A model generated the notes under the pieces. The model had not been told where the DNA came from and did no database searches. It worked only from the letters and a program-made list of their open reading frames with translations. A stretch of 47,424 bases of DNA from Nitrospinota bacterium. Its GTDB lineage: Bacteria > JADFOP01. Location: assembly GCA_022562795.1 (NCBI GenBank), contig JADFOP010000014.1:1-47424 (forward strand). The letters are read 5' to 3'. Shown here in pieces: positions 29,229 through 39,172 of the stretch; the first letter of the stretch is position 1, and each line of letters starts with the position of its first letter. Position numbers and translations under genes: made by a program.

Positions 29229-30239
29229 ATGAGTCAATTCACCGAACTTAGACAGATCATTAATCAGAAAGGGCTGCTGAACAAGCAGCCTGCCTATTAC
29301 ACTTATAAGATTCTACTTAATTTGGGCTTTTTAGGTACAGGCCTCATCTTACTGATTGTCATAGACAACATTTGGCTGCAGTCGCTGAATGCCGTCTTTA
29401 TGGCCTTCGCCTTCACCCAGGTAGCCTTCATGGGTCACGACGCAGGCCATCGGCAGATTTTCCTCGGCGCGCGGAAAAACGACATCATCGGCCTGATTGT
29501 TGGGAACCTACTGGTTGGAATCAGTTATGGTTGGTGGTGCGATAACCATAACGCTCATCACAGTAATCCTAATCAGCCTGACCTTGACCCTGACATTAAG
29601 ATTCGACCCCTGGCCTTTTCCGAAGAACAGGCCCGAGGCAAGCGGGGATTATCCCGCTTTATGGTGAAATACCAGGGGTATCTCTACTTTCCGCTTATAC
29701 TACTTGAGGGGATCAGCAAGCGGTGTAGCAGCATCCGGTATTTGCTAATGGAGCAATCAAGGAATCGTATGGCCGAATCCGTGCTCCTGCTCGCTCACTA
29801 TTGTATTTATCTGGGCCTCTTGTTCAGCCTCCTGGGTGGCTGGCAGGCTTTACTGTTCATCGCCATTCATCAAGCGATGTTTGGCCTATACATGGGTTCG
29901 GTCTTCGCCCCAAACCATAAAGGCATGCCAATTTTGGAAAGCGACCACAAGCTGGACTACTTGCATATGCAAGTGATTACCGCTCGAAATGTCAGGGCTC
30001 ACCCTATTACAGATTTCATGTACGGCGCCCTCAACTACCAGATCGAACACCATCTCTTTCCAAACATCCCCCGAAACAAACTGAGAGAAGCTCAGGAAAT
30101 CATCAAATCATTTTGTCGAGAGCATTCTATCGCCTATCATGAGACCAGCGTGCTTCAATCCTACAGGGAAATTCTCGGACACTTTCATGAGATCAGTGCT
30201 TTGATTCACGACGAAAAGCCTCACATCCCTCCTCCATAA
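29229..30239 (+). CDS. Membrane fatty acid desaturase (front-end/Delta6-like, no cytochrome b5 domain)
   Basis: His boxes HDAGH, HNAHH and QIEHHLFP. Confidence 0.9.
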   Translation: MSQFTELRQIINQKGLLNKQPAYYTYKILLNLGFLGTGLILLIVIDNIWLQSLNAVFMAFAFTQVAFMGHDAGHRQIFLGARKNDIIGLIVGNLLVGISYGWWCDNHNAHHSNPNQPDLDPDIKIRPLAFSEEQARGKRGLSRFMVKYQGYLYFPLILLEGISKRCSSIRYLLMEQSRNRMAESVLLLAHYCIYLGLLFSLLGGWQALLFIAIHQAMFGLYMGSVFAPNHKGMPILESDHKLDYLHMQVITARNVRAHPITDFMYGALNYQIEHHLFPNIPRNKLREAQEIIKSFCREHSIAYHETSVLQSYREILGHFHEISALIHDEKPHIPPP

Positions 30240-30555
30240 TTTGTCTATCAAAAGGCCAAGGGTAAGCCTATTGATTGATCCATCTGGTCGTAATACAAGC
30301 TGGAGGACGTAAAAAAGAACGCACATCTTTATCAATATATTACGTCCAAAATGGACACTTCTGCGCAAATGTCAACTGTGTCTAAAAATGTCTAATGTGT
30401 CAAAGAGCGCTGAGAGGGTCGGATGGGCGCGGCGGGCTTTTCCTCTGGATGCCCATACCAAGATTGACGGTTAATCCCACCTCGCTGTGGCCGATTGGTG
30501 CCAGGGGCTCCTTTGCCTACGCTTATCCCTTGAAAGCTATTGTCAGAGAAAGGGC

Positions 30556-30584
30556 TTGACACCCTCAAGGGGTGGAATTAAGAT
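30556..30584 (+). promoter_or_regulatory. Sigma70 promoter upstream of sodA
   Basis: TTGACA-17-TAAGAT. Confidence 0.6.
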
Positions 30585-30758
30585 TAGTCTCGATTATCTA
30601 TTCGACACGACTGAGCTCTTTTCCCTCATCTAATTGATGAAGGACTGACGTTTGAACTCCTCACGTGAGAGGAGCATTGCGAAAAACGTGATTCACGGAG
30701 TCCCCGGTTTATTCCAGGGCTCTCGGTCAGAGCCAGACAATTTTAAGGAGGCCTAATC

Positions 30759-31373
30759 ATGGCGCACGAACTTCCTCCCTTGCCGTACGACTACAACGCC
30801 TTAGAGCCGCACATCGACGCTCGGACGATGGAAATCCACCACTCGAAACACCACAACGCTTACGTGGCCGGCCTGAACGGGGCCCTTGAGGGCCACGACG
30901 ACCTGGCCGACATGAGCGTCGAAGCCCTGCTCGCCGACATCAACCGCGTGCCGGAAGGTATCCGCCAGGCCGTGATCAACCACGGCGGCGGCCAAGCCAA
31001 CCACTCGTTGTTCTGGCAGATTATGGGCCCCGGAGCGGGCGGGGAGCCGACAGGTGCGTTGGCCGACGCCATCAACGCAACCTTCGGGAGCTTCACGGCG
31101 TTCACCGAGCAGGTGACCCAGGCGGGGATGACGCGGTTCGGCAGCGGCTGGGCGTGGCTCGTAGTGGACGGCGGCGGAAACCTCCTCGTCTACAACACGC
31201 TCAATCAGGACTCGCCAATCATGCAGGGCCACACGCCGATACTCGGCCTCGACGTCTGGGAGCACGCCTACTATCTCAACTACCAGAACCGCAGGCCCGA
31301 CTACATCGCCGCGTGGTGGAACGTCGTTAACTGGGACAAGGTCGCCGAGCTGCACTCAGCCGCTCAGGGATAG
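30759..31373 (+). CDS. sodA: Superoxide dismutase, probably Mn-type
   Basis: [37 protein letters not shown] and [11 protein letters not shown] plus NQD suggests Mn. Confidence 0.93.
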   Translation: MAHELPPLPYDYNALEPHIDARTMEIHHSKHHNAYVAGLNGALEGHDDLADMSVEALLADINRVPEGIRQAVINHGGGQANHSLFWQIMGPGAGGEPTGALADAINATFGSFTAFTEQVTQAGMTRFGSGWAWLVVDGGGNLLVYNTLNQDSPIMQGHTPILGLDVWEHAYYLNYQNRRPDYIAAWWNVVNWDKVAELHSAAQG

Positions 31374-31440
31374 CCGGCCAGACTTCGCCGGCCTCCGTCC
31401 TGCAAGCTGAAGTCACCCAACTCACCTGGCTGGAGAGGAT

Positions 31441-32427
31441 ATGGCCCCGGCCATACGCCACGATTGGACCACCGAAGAGGTCCTGGAGATTCTAGGAGCT
31501 CCACTGCTCGACCTCGTCCACCGCGCCCAGGCCGTTCACCGGGAGCATCACCCGGCCAACGCCATCCAGCTCGCTAGCCTGCTCAGCATCAAGACCGGCG
31601 GCTGCCCGGAAGACTGCGCATATTGCCCTCAGTCTGCCCACTACGAGGTTCCGCTTCAAAAGGAGCGTTTTCTCGCTCTTGAGCACGTCCTCGAGGCGGC
31701 CCGGCGCGCCAAGGAGAACGGCGCGACGCGGTTTTGCATGGGGGCGGCGTGGCGCGAGGTAAAAGACGGGCCTGAGTTCGACGCCGTCCTCGAGATGGTC
31801 CGCGGCGTTCGGGCGCTCGGCATGGAAGCGTGCACCACGCTCGGGATGCTGACCGAGGATCAAGCCCGCCGTTTGAGCGAGGCGGGCCTCACCGCCTACA
31901 ACCACAACCTCGATACGGGGCCGGAATTTTACGGCTCGATCATCACAACACGGGTCTATGAGGACCGTCTGAAAACCCTCGAGCGCGTGCGCAACGCGGG
32001 GATTACGGTCTGCGCAGGCGGCATCATCGGGATGGGCGAGACCGTGCGCGATAGGGCGCAATTGCTCGAGGTCCTGGCCAATCTCGACCCGCACCCGGAA
32101 AGCGTCCCCATCAACGCGCTGGTCGCCGTAGCCGGAACACCCCTGGCCGAGCGGCCTCCGGTCGATCCGCTAGAGCTTGTGCGGATGTGCGCGACCGCCC
32201 GAATTCTCATGCCGAAAGCCTTCGTCCGCCTGAGCGCCGGCCGGAGCGCGCTGAGCCGCGAAGCGCAAATCCTCTGTTTTATGGCAGGCGCCAACTCGAT
32301 TTTTTACGGCGAGAAGCTTCTTACGACGAAGAACAACCAGATGAACGAGGATTTGCAAATGCTTCGCGATATCGGCGCCGAGGCCCTCATACCCACCCCG
32401 GAGACTCCCACCTCCAGCAGCGTCTAG
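31441..32427 (+). CDS. bioB: Biotin synthase
   Basis: [16 protein letters not shown] radical-SAM motif, [43 protein letters not shown]. Confidence 0.95.
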   Translation: MAPAIRHDWTTEEVLEILGAPLLDLVHRAQAVHREHHPANAIQLASLLSIKTGGCPEDCAYCPQSAHYEVPLQKERFLALEHVLEAARRAKENGATRFCMGAAWREVKDGPEFDAVLEMVRGVRALGMEACTTLGMLTEDQARRLSEAGLTAYNHNLDTGPEFYGSIITTRVYEDRLKTLERVRNAGITVCAGGIIGMGETVRDRAQLLEVLANLDPHPESVPINALVAVAGTPLAERPPVDPLELVRMCATARILMPKAFVRLSAGRSALSREAQILCFMAGANSIFYGEKLLTTKNNQMNEDLQMLRDIGAEALIPTPETPTSSSV

Positions 32428-32509
32428 CCCAGTACCCTCCCGCTCTACGGCTGTACCCCATAATAGTGCGGAAAGCCGTGCCTGTCAGGCTCACGAGGCC
32501 GGGCCCGCC

Positions 32510-33649
32510 CTACTTTGTGTAACTGATCCGGTAGATGGCGCCTGCGTGGTCGTCTGAGACCAGAAGCGCCCCGTCGGGCATGACTAGAAGGTCCACGGGC
32601 CGACCCCACGCCCGGCCACCCTGCAGCCATCCCTCGGCGAAGACCTCGTAGGCCACCGCCCGCCCTCCTTCGAGTCGAACGAGGGTCACGCGGTAGCCGA
32701 TAGGCGTTGTGCGATTCCAGGAGCCGTGCTCGGCGATGAAAATTTGCCCCCGGTACTTCTCAGGGAACATCTCCCCCGTGTAAAATCGCATGCCAAGAGA
32801 GGCGACGTGGGGGCCAAGCTCACGGGCCGGGGGCGTGAATGCCCCGCACCTGCGCGACTTTCCAAATTCCGGGTCGGGAACGCTCCTGCCGTGACAGTAA
32901 GGGAAGCCGAAGTGGAGCCCTTTACGCGGAGCGTGGTTCAACTCATCCGGCGGCATGTCGTCCCCCATCCAATCCCGCCCGTTGTCGGTGAACCAGAGCT
33001 CCTCAGTAGCCGGATGCCAGTCGAACCCGACCGAGTTTCGAACGCCGAGGGCGAACTGCTCCAACCCCGTCCCATCGGGCTCCATCCGAAATATACCGCC
33101 GTAGCGCCCCTCAACGGGCTCGCAGATATTGCACGGAGCGCCCACCGGCACGTAGAGCTTCCCGTCCGGCCCGAAGCGAATGAACTTCCAGCCGTGGTGC
33201 CTATCCGTCGGGAACGTGTCGTTTACCACGACAGGCTTTGGAGGATCGTTGAGGGCGGCCTCGATATTGTCATATCGGAGCACTCGATTCACCTCAGCCA
33301 CGTAGAGAGCGCCGTCTCTGAAGGCGACGCCGTTCGGCATATTGAGCCCCCTCGCCAGGGTGATGACCTCCTCGGCGGCGTTGTCCCGGTCGCGATCAAC
33401 CAGGGCGTAGACGGCACCCAGCGTCCGCGTGCCTACGAACAGCGTCCCGTTGGGGCTCAAGGTCATCGAGCGCGCGCCGGGCACATCCCCAGCGTAGACG
33501 CTGATTTTAAAGCCGGGAGACAGGGAGATTTTATCAAGCGGCAACCGCTCGCCATTCGCTGCCGGTGGGCAAATTAATAAGAGCAGCAGAACCGAAGCTG
33601 TGAGAAGGAGGATTGGTGGGTTCCACAGGGCCCGCCTGAGTGCCTTCAT
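32510..33649 (-). CDS. Glucose/sorbosone dehydrogenase family beta-propeller protein
   Basis: Signal peptide, HHGWKFIRFGPDG.LYVPVGAPCNIC, GVRNSVG, AEHGSWNR, GRPVD. Confidence 0.9.
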   Translation of the reverse strand: MKALRRALWNPPILLLTASVLLLLLICPPAANGERLPLDKISLSPGFKISVYAGDVPGARSMTLSPNGTLFVGTRTLGAVYALVDRDRDNAAEEVITLARGLNMPNGVAFRDGALYVAEVNRVLRYDNIEAALNDPPKPVVVNDTFPTDRHHGWKFIRFGPDGKLYVPVGAPCNICEPVEGRYGGIFRMEPDGTGLEQFALGVRNSVGFDWHPATEELWFTDNGRDWMGDDMPPDELNHAPRKGLHFGFPYCHGRSVPDPEFGKSRRCGAFTPPARELGPHVASLGMRFYTGEMFPEKYRGQIFIAEHGSWNRTTPIGYRVTLVRLEGGRAVAYEVFAEGWLQGGRAWGRPVDLLVMPDGALLVSDDHAGAIYRISYTK

Positions 33650-33923
33650 AGCCTATTGTAGCATCATGACTCTCTGTTGGCGATTAAGGGGGCGGAGCAG
33701 CCAGGCCACCTGAGGGGCAATTTTTGGAGAAGTATTGACTTTTTAATAAGTTATTAGCAGTCAAGGTTTCCTAGGATAATCGGGCCTGCAAGGCACCAGG
33801 AAAAAACAGCTGGTTGAATCGCTCCAAGAACCAGGCCTGCGCTGGACGCCTCTTTCATGGCTCATCACATTTGGATGCCGTCATGTAACGCCTTACTGGG
33901 GGGGGTCAAAGGCTCCCTCGTGA

Positions 33924-35669
33924 TCACTCACCTGTTTTGCGGCGACGGCGGTAAAGGGTGCGGGCGCCCCAGATGGCCCCGACCACCAACAGGACCATAA
34001 ACGGACCTGTCCAAAGCATGAAGTTCGTTCGGGAGGCGGTCCGGTGCGCATCGCGGAGCTGCTCGGCCTCGTCCCTGATCTTGATGAGATGCCCTAGAGT
34101 CTCAGCGTAGCCGTACCACCAGGCGTAATCGGGACTCATATGGAAGGCGCCCTTATAGGACTTCAGGTTGGCGAAGAAGAACATGTCGAAGTACTCACGC
34201 TCCACGGATGAGACATCATAATAGAGTCCGGCTGGCCAAAAGGTGCCCCCTTGGGTCTCGGTGGCAACGAACTGCTCACCAGGTAGGAGCCCCGCGGACC
34301 GCGAACGTCGAGAAGGCTCGATGATCTTGTCCCGATAGAGACTGTGGAGGATATCCCGAGCCTCGATAACTAGGGCGTCACCCATCAACTTGTGGGCGTC
34401 GGACGCCTCCAGGTAGCCTCGGGCCTTCGCCTCTGAGTGGCACGTCAAGCAAACCTTGATCATTTCGGCGCGCTTAACCTGGTTCTCCGGCTTCACGGTA
34501 ATGTCGGCGAGTTGCCCTAAGGCAGGCTGAACCCCCATCCCCCAGATGATTTTCTTGCTCATATTATGGCTTGACGAGCGGTTGCCCGCCTCGTCGATAT
34601 AGAGCATGTGGCAGTACGCGCAAGTGGGAGCGTTGTAGGCCGCTTCCTCTAGCGGGGCCTTCCAATCCCAGTTTCCTCCGTCGGTCAGGTAGATGGCGCC
34701 GTGTTTCGAGGTGGAGTAGGCCTCCCAATTTGGGTGATCGGGTCCCATGTGGCAAGTCATGCACGCCTCCGGCCGGCGCGCTTCGGCAGGGTCGAACCGA
34801 TGGCGAGTGTGGCAGGCGATGCAGCCATTACGATAGGGAAGGCTTGAGAGGTCCACGTACTGCTTCTTTTTTGGGTCCCAAAACGGCTCGTCGGTGGCCC
34901 CGGCCTGTGTGTGGCATGGGTCGCACCCTACTTCCATCACCTTCCGCGGCATTTGGGCATAGTGGGGAACCTTGATGTTCCGCTCCCAATTGATCCCGAT
35001 TCCCGCAGGTCCAGGGCCGTATGAGTGGCCGGCGTCTAGAACGTGCTCCTTGTAGATCTTGGCGTGGCAGGCCGCACAGACCCTTTCGGAAACCCGGCCC
35101 TTGACCTTTGTTATCTCAGTGTGGTCGGCTCCGTGACAGACAGCACAGGAGTTTGGCTCGGGCAAGCCCGCAGGAATCCGGGGGTTCTGTCGGCCGGGCT
35201 TGAACATAGAGGAAGACCGGTATTGAGCAACTAACCCTGGGTGATGTTTAGTGTGGCATTCGATGCAGGATGCGGCGCTCTGAGCGCCTTCCGGAGGAAC
35301 GGCACTGACTCGTGGCGGCGCTGGCGGCGCGGCTTTGAGGAAAGCATAAATTTCCACGGCCTCGGACTCAGAGACTGCGTTGGGGGGAAACGGGGGCATC
35401 TGTGCTCGGGGGGCCCTGAGCTGTTTTAGAAACTCCTCGAAGGAAAGGCCTGTCCCAGCTAAATCAGGTCCTGCGCCGCCGCGGCCAGATATTCCGTGGC
35501 AGCCGATGCACCCTTTTTGGATGAAGAGTCGCTCCCCGTTCCCCGGTGTCTGGGCGAGTGCCCCAGATAAGGGGAAGACCAGGAAGAAAAGGAGACCAAA
35601 GAATAATGCTCTTTTCATCCACTTAAGCCTAGTGGAGCTATGAGGCGGATTCCTTAGTTTTTGGCTCAC
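33924..35669 (-). CDS. Multiheme cytochrome c: N-terminal monoheme domain plus HAO-family octaheme core
   Basis: Nine CxxCH motifs. HAO-like CIACHTRHRF, CMTCHMGPDHP..E.Y..SKHG, APTCAYCH and GAFHMSPDY. Signal peptide and C-terminal TM. Start may be ATG 35618. Confidence 0.85.
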   Translation of the reverse strand: MSQKLRNPPHSSTRLKWMKRALFFGLLFFLVFPLSGALAQTPGNGERLFIQKGCIGCHGISGRGGAGPDLAGTGLSFEEFLKQLRAPRAQMPPFPPNAVSESEAVEIYAFLKAAPPAPPRVSAVPPEGAQSAASCIECHTKHHPGLVAQYRSSSMFKPGRQNPRIPAGLPEPNSCAVCHGADHTEITKVKGRVSERVCAACHAKIYKEHVLDAGHSYGPGPAGIGINWERNIKVPHYAQMPRKVMEVGCDPCHTQAGATDEPFWDPKKKQYVDLSSLPYRNGCIACHTRHRFDPAEARRPEACMTCHMGPDHPNWEAYSTSKHGAIYLTDGGNWDWKAPLEEAAYNAPTCAYCHMLYIDEAGNRSSSHNMSKKIIWGMGVQPALGQLADITVKPENQVKRAEMIKVCLTCHSEAKARGYLEASDAHKLMGDALVIEARDILHSLYRDKIIEPSRRSRSAGLLPGEQFVATETQGGTFWPAGLYYDVSSVEREYFDMFFFANLKSYKGAFHMSPDYAWWYGYAETLGHLIKIRDEAEQLRDAHRTASRTNFMLWTGPFMVLLVVGAIWGARTLYRRRRKTGE

Positions 35670-35758
35670 TAATTAATATGTGCCATCATGTTATACTTCC
35701 CAGGGTCTGTCAACGGGATTTCGGCCGCTGGCCGCCAAAAAAGGTGTCGGGGTGCTGA

Positions 35759-35965
35759 CCGCCTGAGGCGGAGCTGGCGACTCCGACTACCCATATATAA
35801 ACCCCCTCCGTATACACGACTCGCACTTCGAACCCACGGACAGGGGGTCGCAAGCGACCTTTGGTCGGCCCTATCCTTACACTGGTTGTGCCGGGGTGAT
35901 CCGCCTTGGGCGGAAGGCGGATCTGCTCGGGGGATGCGGACAAGGAGGTGTCCGCCTCAGGCGGA
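35759..35965. repeat. Cluster of REP-like GC-rich palindromes
   Basis: CCGCCTGAGGCGG (35759) and its reverse complement CCGCCTCAGGCGG (35952). Also GATCCGCCTT-GGGCGG-AAGGCGGATC (35898) and GGTCGCAAGCGACC. Confidence 0.55.
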
Positions 35966-35977
35966 GCCATGACGGGC

Positions 35978-37939
35978 TCAGCCTTCCAGACGCGTCAAGA
36001 CACGGAGGAGCTCGGCGACGCTCCAAGCCTGCGCGGTGCAGCCCTGGGGCGCGTGAGGGGGATCGCCGTCGAAGAGCTCCGACACTGTGCCCAGGCACGC
36101 CTCTTGGAGGTGATCCAGCAGGGGTTCGAGGAGTCGGCGGGCGTGATCGCGGACGTTTGGGCCCTCGCCGTGTACCGCAAGATAGGCGTCGATGTACGGG
36201 CCCATCAGGTAGGCCCAGACGGTTCCCTGATGGTAGGCCGCGTCTTGCTCCCAGAGGGTTTTGCCGTGGCGCCCCTTGTAGCGGGGGTCGTAGGGAGAGA
36301 GCGTGCGGAGCCCCATGGGGGTAAGCAGGTGGGCCGTCACCACCGCAAGGACGCCGGCCCTCCGGGCCTCGTCCAGCATGGGGTAAGGGAGGCTTAGGGC
36401 GAAAATCTGGTTTGGCCGAATGGAGACGTCTCGCTCATCACCCCGAACCAGGTCGTAGCAGTGTCCCCCATCGTCGTACCAGAAGGCCTCATCGAAGCGT
36501 TCCCGGACCCGCCCGGCAAGGGCCGCCCAACTCTCGGCATCGCTTGACCAACCCAGCCGCTCGGCGAAGGTGGCCCCGATGCTGAGCGCATTGTACCAGA
36601 GGGCGTTGACTTCGACGGGCTTGCCGTGGCGCGGGGTGATGACGACTTCGCCCACCTTGCCGTCCATCCAGGTGAGGTGGCTCCCCGGCCCGCCGGCCGT
36701 CAAAAGACCATCGACATCCATCCGGATGGCCGAGGTGGTCCCCGCTTCATAAGCCGAAAGGATGGCCCGAGATGCCTCGCCCAGCCGGTCCTTGAGGAAT
36801 ACCTCATCGCCGGTGGCCTCCATGTATCGGTGGGCGGCCACGATGAACCAGAGGGCGGCATCGACGCTGTCGTAGCTGGGAGGGCCGCCGTCTTCTGGAA
36901 AGTAATTGGGCAGCAGGCCGTCAGCCAGCAGCCCGGCATACGTCTCGAGAATGGAGCGTGCGAGGGTGGGCCGGCCCGCGGCCAGGGCGAGCCCGGGGAG
37001 GCTGATCATCGCATCCCTGCCCCAGTCTGTGAACCAAGGGTAGCCGGCGATAACGTTCGTTCCCTCTGCGCCCCGCCGGACGATGAAACGGCTTGTTGCA
37101 TGAGAGAGGGTCTCAACGGCCTGCGATGCGCCGGGCCGCACCAGGCTCGAGCGGCGTTCGCGCTCGGCCTCCATCAGGGCTTCACGATCGACGGAGCCTG
37201 GGCGCTGGGCGGAGGCCACGACGGTCAACCAGCCTCCCGGCTCGATGCGCCCGATGAGGGCGAGGGGGCTGTAGAGGTCCTCTTCGTCGGCCAGCCCCCG
37301 CTCCGTCTCCCACGGATAGGTAAGCTGATGGTACCAGAAGGCGGACGTATCGACCCTGCTTCCTGTGTGGGCCACGTAAAGTGGATGCAGGCCGGAGGGC
37401 GGCTCCACGACGACGATGTCGTCCTCTTGGCGAATCGTAGTCTCCATGGAGGTCTCTTCCCCCCTGAGCTCGTGGTGGCCTCGGAAGCCGACCATGAGCC
37501 TGAGGTGAATGTCGGCCGGCTCCTCGGCCTGGCGAAGGTGGTAGGCGACTACGGTGGTGGGCTCCCCGTGGACCATGAAGCAGTGCTTGTCAAGGAAAGC
37601 CTCGCCCATCCGGTAGGTGAAGATGGGCCAGGGGGCGAGGCGGAAGAGGTCGAGGTGGGTGTGGCCGTGGGGGTAGATGGTGTCGGGGTAGCAGTTGGCC
37701 GACAGCAGGAATGGGGTGCCGCCTAAGCTGACGGTCTCCTCGATCTTGGCGAGCAGGAGGAGGCGGTCCACCGGGGGTGTCGCCGCGGCGATGAGCAGGC
37801 CATGGTAGCGGCGGGTGTTGATGCCGAGGACCGTGGAGGAGGCGTAGCCGCCCATCCCGTCGGTCTCGAGCCACTCGAGGGTGATGGCCCTGGAGAACTC
37901 CCGTAGGGCGGTATGGTCAACAGTAACAAGGGGCTTCAC
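35978..37939 (-). CDS. Glycogen debranching enzyme (amylo-alpha-1,6-glucosidase, archaeal-type GDE)
   Basis: EWLETDGMGGYASST..NTRRYHGLL, IAGYPWFTDWGRD, TWMD, GKPVEVNALWYNAL, RPNQ, YHQGTVW, QAWSVAE. Start placed at GTG 37939. Confidence 0.92.
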   Translation of the reverse strand: MKPLVTVDHTALREFSRAITLEWLETDGMGGYASSTVLGINTRRYHGLLIAAATPPVDRLLLLAKIEETVSLGGTPFLLSANCYPDTIYPHGHTHLDLFRLAPWPIFTYRMGEAFLDKHCFMVHGEPTTVVAYHLRQAEEPADIHLRLMVGFRGHHELRGEETSMETTIRQEDDIVVVEPPSGLHPLYVAHTGSRVDTSAFWYHQLTYPWETERGLADEEDLYSPLALIGRIEPGGWLTVVASAQRPGSVDREALMEAERERRSSLVRPGASQAVETLSHATSRFIVRRGAEGTNVIAGYPWFTDWGRDAMISLPGLALAAGRPTLARSILETYAGLLADGLLPNYFPEDGGPPSYDSVDAALWFIVAAHRYMEATGDEVFLKDRLGEASRAILSAYEAGTTSAIRMDVDGLLTAGGPGSHLTWMDGKVGEVVITPRHGKPVEVNALWYNALSIGATFAERLGWSSDAESWAALAGRVRERFDEAFWYDDGGHCYDLVRGDERDVSIRPNQIFALSLPYPMLDEARRAGVLAVVTAHLLTPMGLRTLSPYDPRYKGRHGKTLWEQDAAYHQGTVWAYLMGPYIDAYLAVHGEGPNVRDHARRLLEPLLDHLQEACLGTVSELFDGDPPHAPQGCTAQAWSVAELLRVLTRLEG

Positions 37940-38217
37940 GAAGCTCGGCGCTCCCTCCAGGGGCGGTCGGCCCCTATATCTTAGGGGATGGTGGGCCGAA
38001 GGGCAAGGGCCTAGCGATTTAATTGACCCCATGCAGCATAAACCGAGCCGAGTTGTCTCTACGTGCCACCTAATGGCACGGTTTTGCTTGCTTTTCCTCG
38101 GTTTTCTCCACGGCCCTCGATATTTCCCATGGTTATGGCGCATACCGCTTGATTTTACTTAATGGGTTTGTTATTGGTGATGATGAAGGTATTCCCACTA
38201 ATACAGAAAGAGGCCCG

Positions 38218-38580
38218 ATGATCGCCGAGTGGATTTCCATTATTACGTCTCAACTGCAGCCGGCCCTCGTGGGGGCCGCCTGCGGGCTCATTACAGGTCT
38301 TATTCTCAAGCGCCTCGTCAAGTCCCTGGTGGTGACGGTCGCGTTCGCCCTGGCCATCTACACGATCGTCTCCTTCGCGACTAATTGGCTCGAAGGGATC
38401 GACCTCCTCACCGTCAGCAACGACGCCATCGCCTACGCGAAAGCCCAACAGGAGGGCATTAAGGAGACGGTGATGGGCTTCGCCAAGACTAATGCGAGCG
38501 CCTCAATCGGCTTCGCCGTCGGGCTCATCGCCGGAACGGTCCTTAAGGCCTGGCGACGGCGAGGCCGGCCTTCTTCTTAG
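38218..38580 (+). CDS. FUN14-like membrane protein
   Basis: G...GLITGLILKRLVK and the C-terminal SIGFAVGLIAG pattern. ATG after GAAAGAGG. Confidence 0.6.
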   Translation: MIAEWISIITSQLQPALVGAACGLITGLILKRLVKSLVVTVAFALAIYTIVSFATNWLEGIDLLTVSNDAIAYAKAQQEGIKETVMGFAKTNASASIGFAVGLIAGTVLKAWRRRGRPSS

Positions 38581-38737
38581 AACACCCAAACCACATGACG
38601 GCAAGCCTGGAGTCGAAAACGCTGAGCTGTCTCCTGGGCGTGGCAATCGGGGACGCCCTCGGAGCTCTCCATGCGGGATGAGATTGAGGCCGTATCCGCC
38701 GACCTCTATCGGGCCGCCGAGGCCAAGGAGGCAGCCG

Positions 38738-39157
38738 ATGCGCGTACTAACGAGTGAGTTTACCAAGGAGACCAAAGGTTTCAACGATACCCACGACATC
38801 ACCGACCGGGTGGCCGAGGCCGTCAGGGAGAGCGGGTTGAGCGGTGGCGTGGCGGTGGTCTTCGTGCCGGGAAGTACGGCGGGGCTCACCTCCATCGAGT
38901 ACGAGCCCGGCGCCGTCGCCGACTTGGCGGAGGCCGTCGGCCGGGCCGCGCCGACCGACATCCCCTACGCCCACGACGCCGCCTGGGGCGACGGCAACGG
39001 CTTCAGCCACGTGCGGGCGGCCCTCATCGGACCCTCCCTCACGGTGCCCTTCGCAAACGGGGCGCTGATCCTCGGCACCTGGCAGCAGATCGTCCTTATC
39101 GACTTCGACAACCGTGCCCGCACCCGCCGCGTTATCATCCAGATAATGGGCCAGTGA
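38738..39157 (+). CDS. yjbQ: YjbQ/UPF0047 family protein
   Basis: DITDRV, VPGSTAGLTSIE.E, Y.HD...GDGNGFSHVRA, LGTWQQI. RBS AAGGAGG. Confidence 0.9.
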   Translation: MRVLTSEFTKETKGFNDTHDITDRVAEAVRESGLSGGVAVVFVPGSTAGLTSIEYEPGAVADLAEAVGRAAPTDIPYAHDAAWGDGNGFSHVRAALIGPSLTVPFANGALILGTWQQIVLIDFDNRARTRRVIIQIMGQ

Positions 39158-39172
39158 GGGGAGACACCGTCT

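Noticed and set aside
36626-37726. 366-aa + strand ORF and similar long overlapping ORFs elsewhere
   Set aside because: Antisense or alternate-frame shadows of well-supported genes.
38074-38088. TGGCACGGTTTTGCT as a sigma-54 promoter
   Set aside because: GG-to-GC spacing is 9 nt rather than the required 10.
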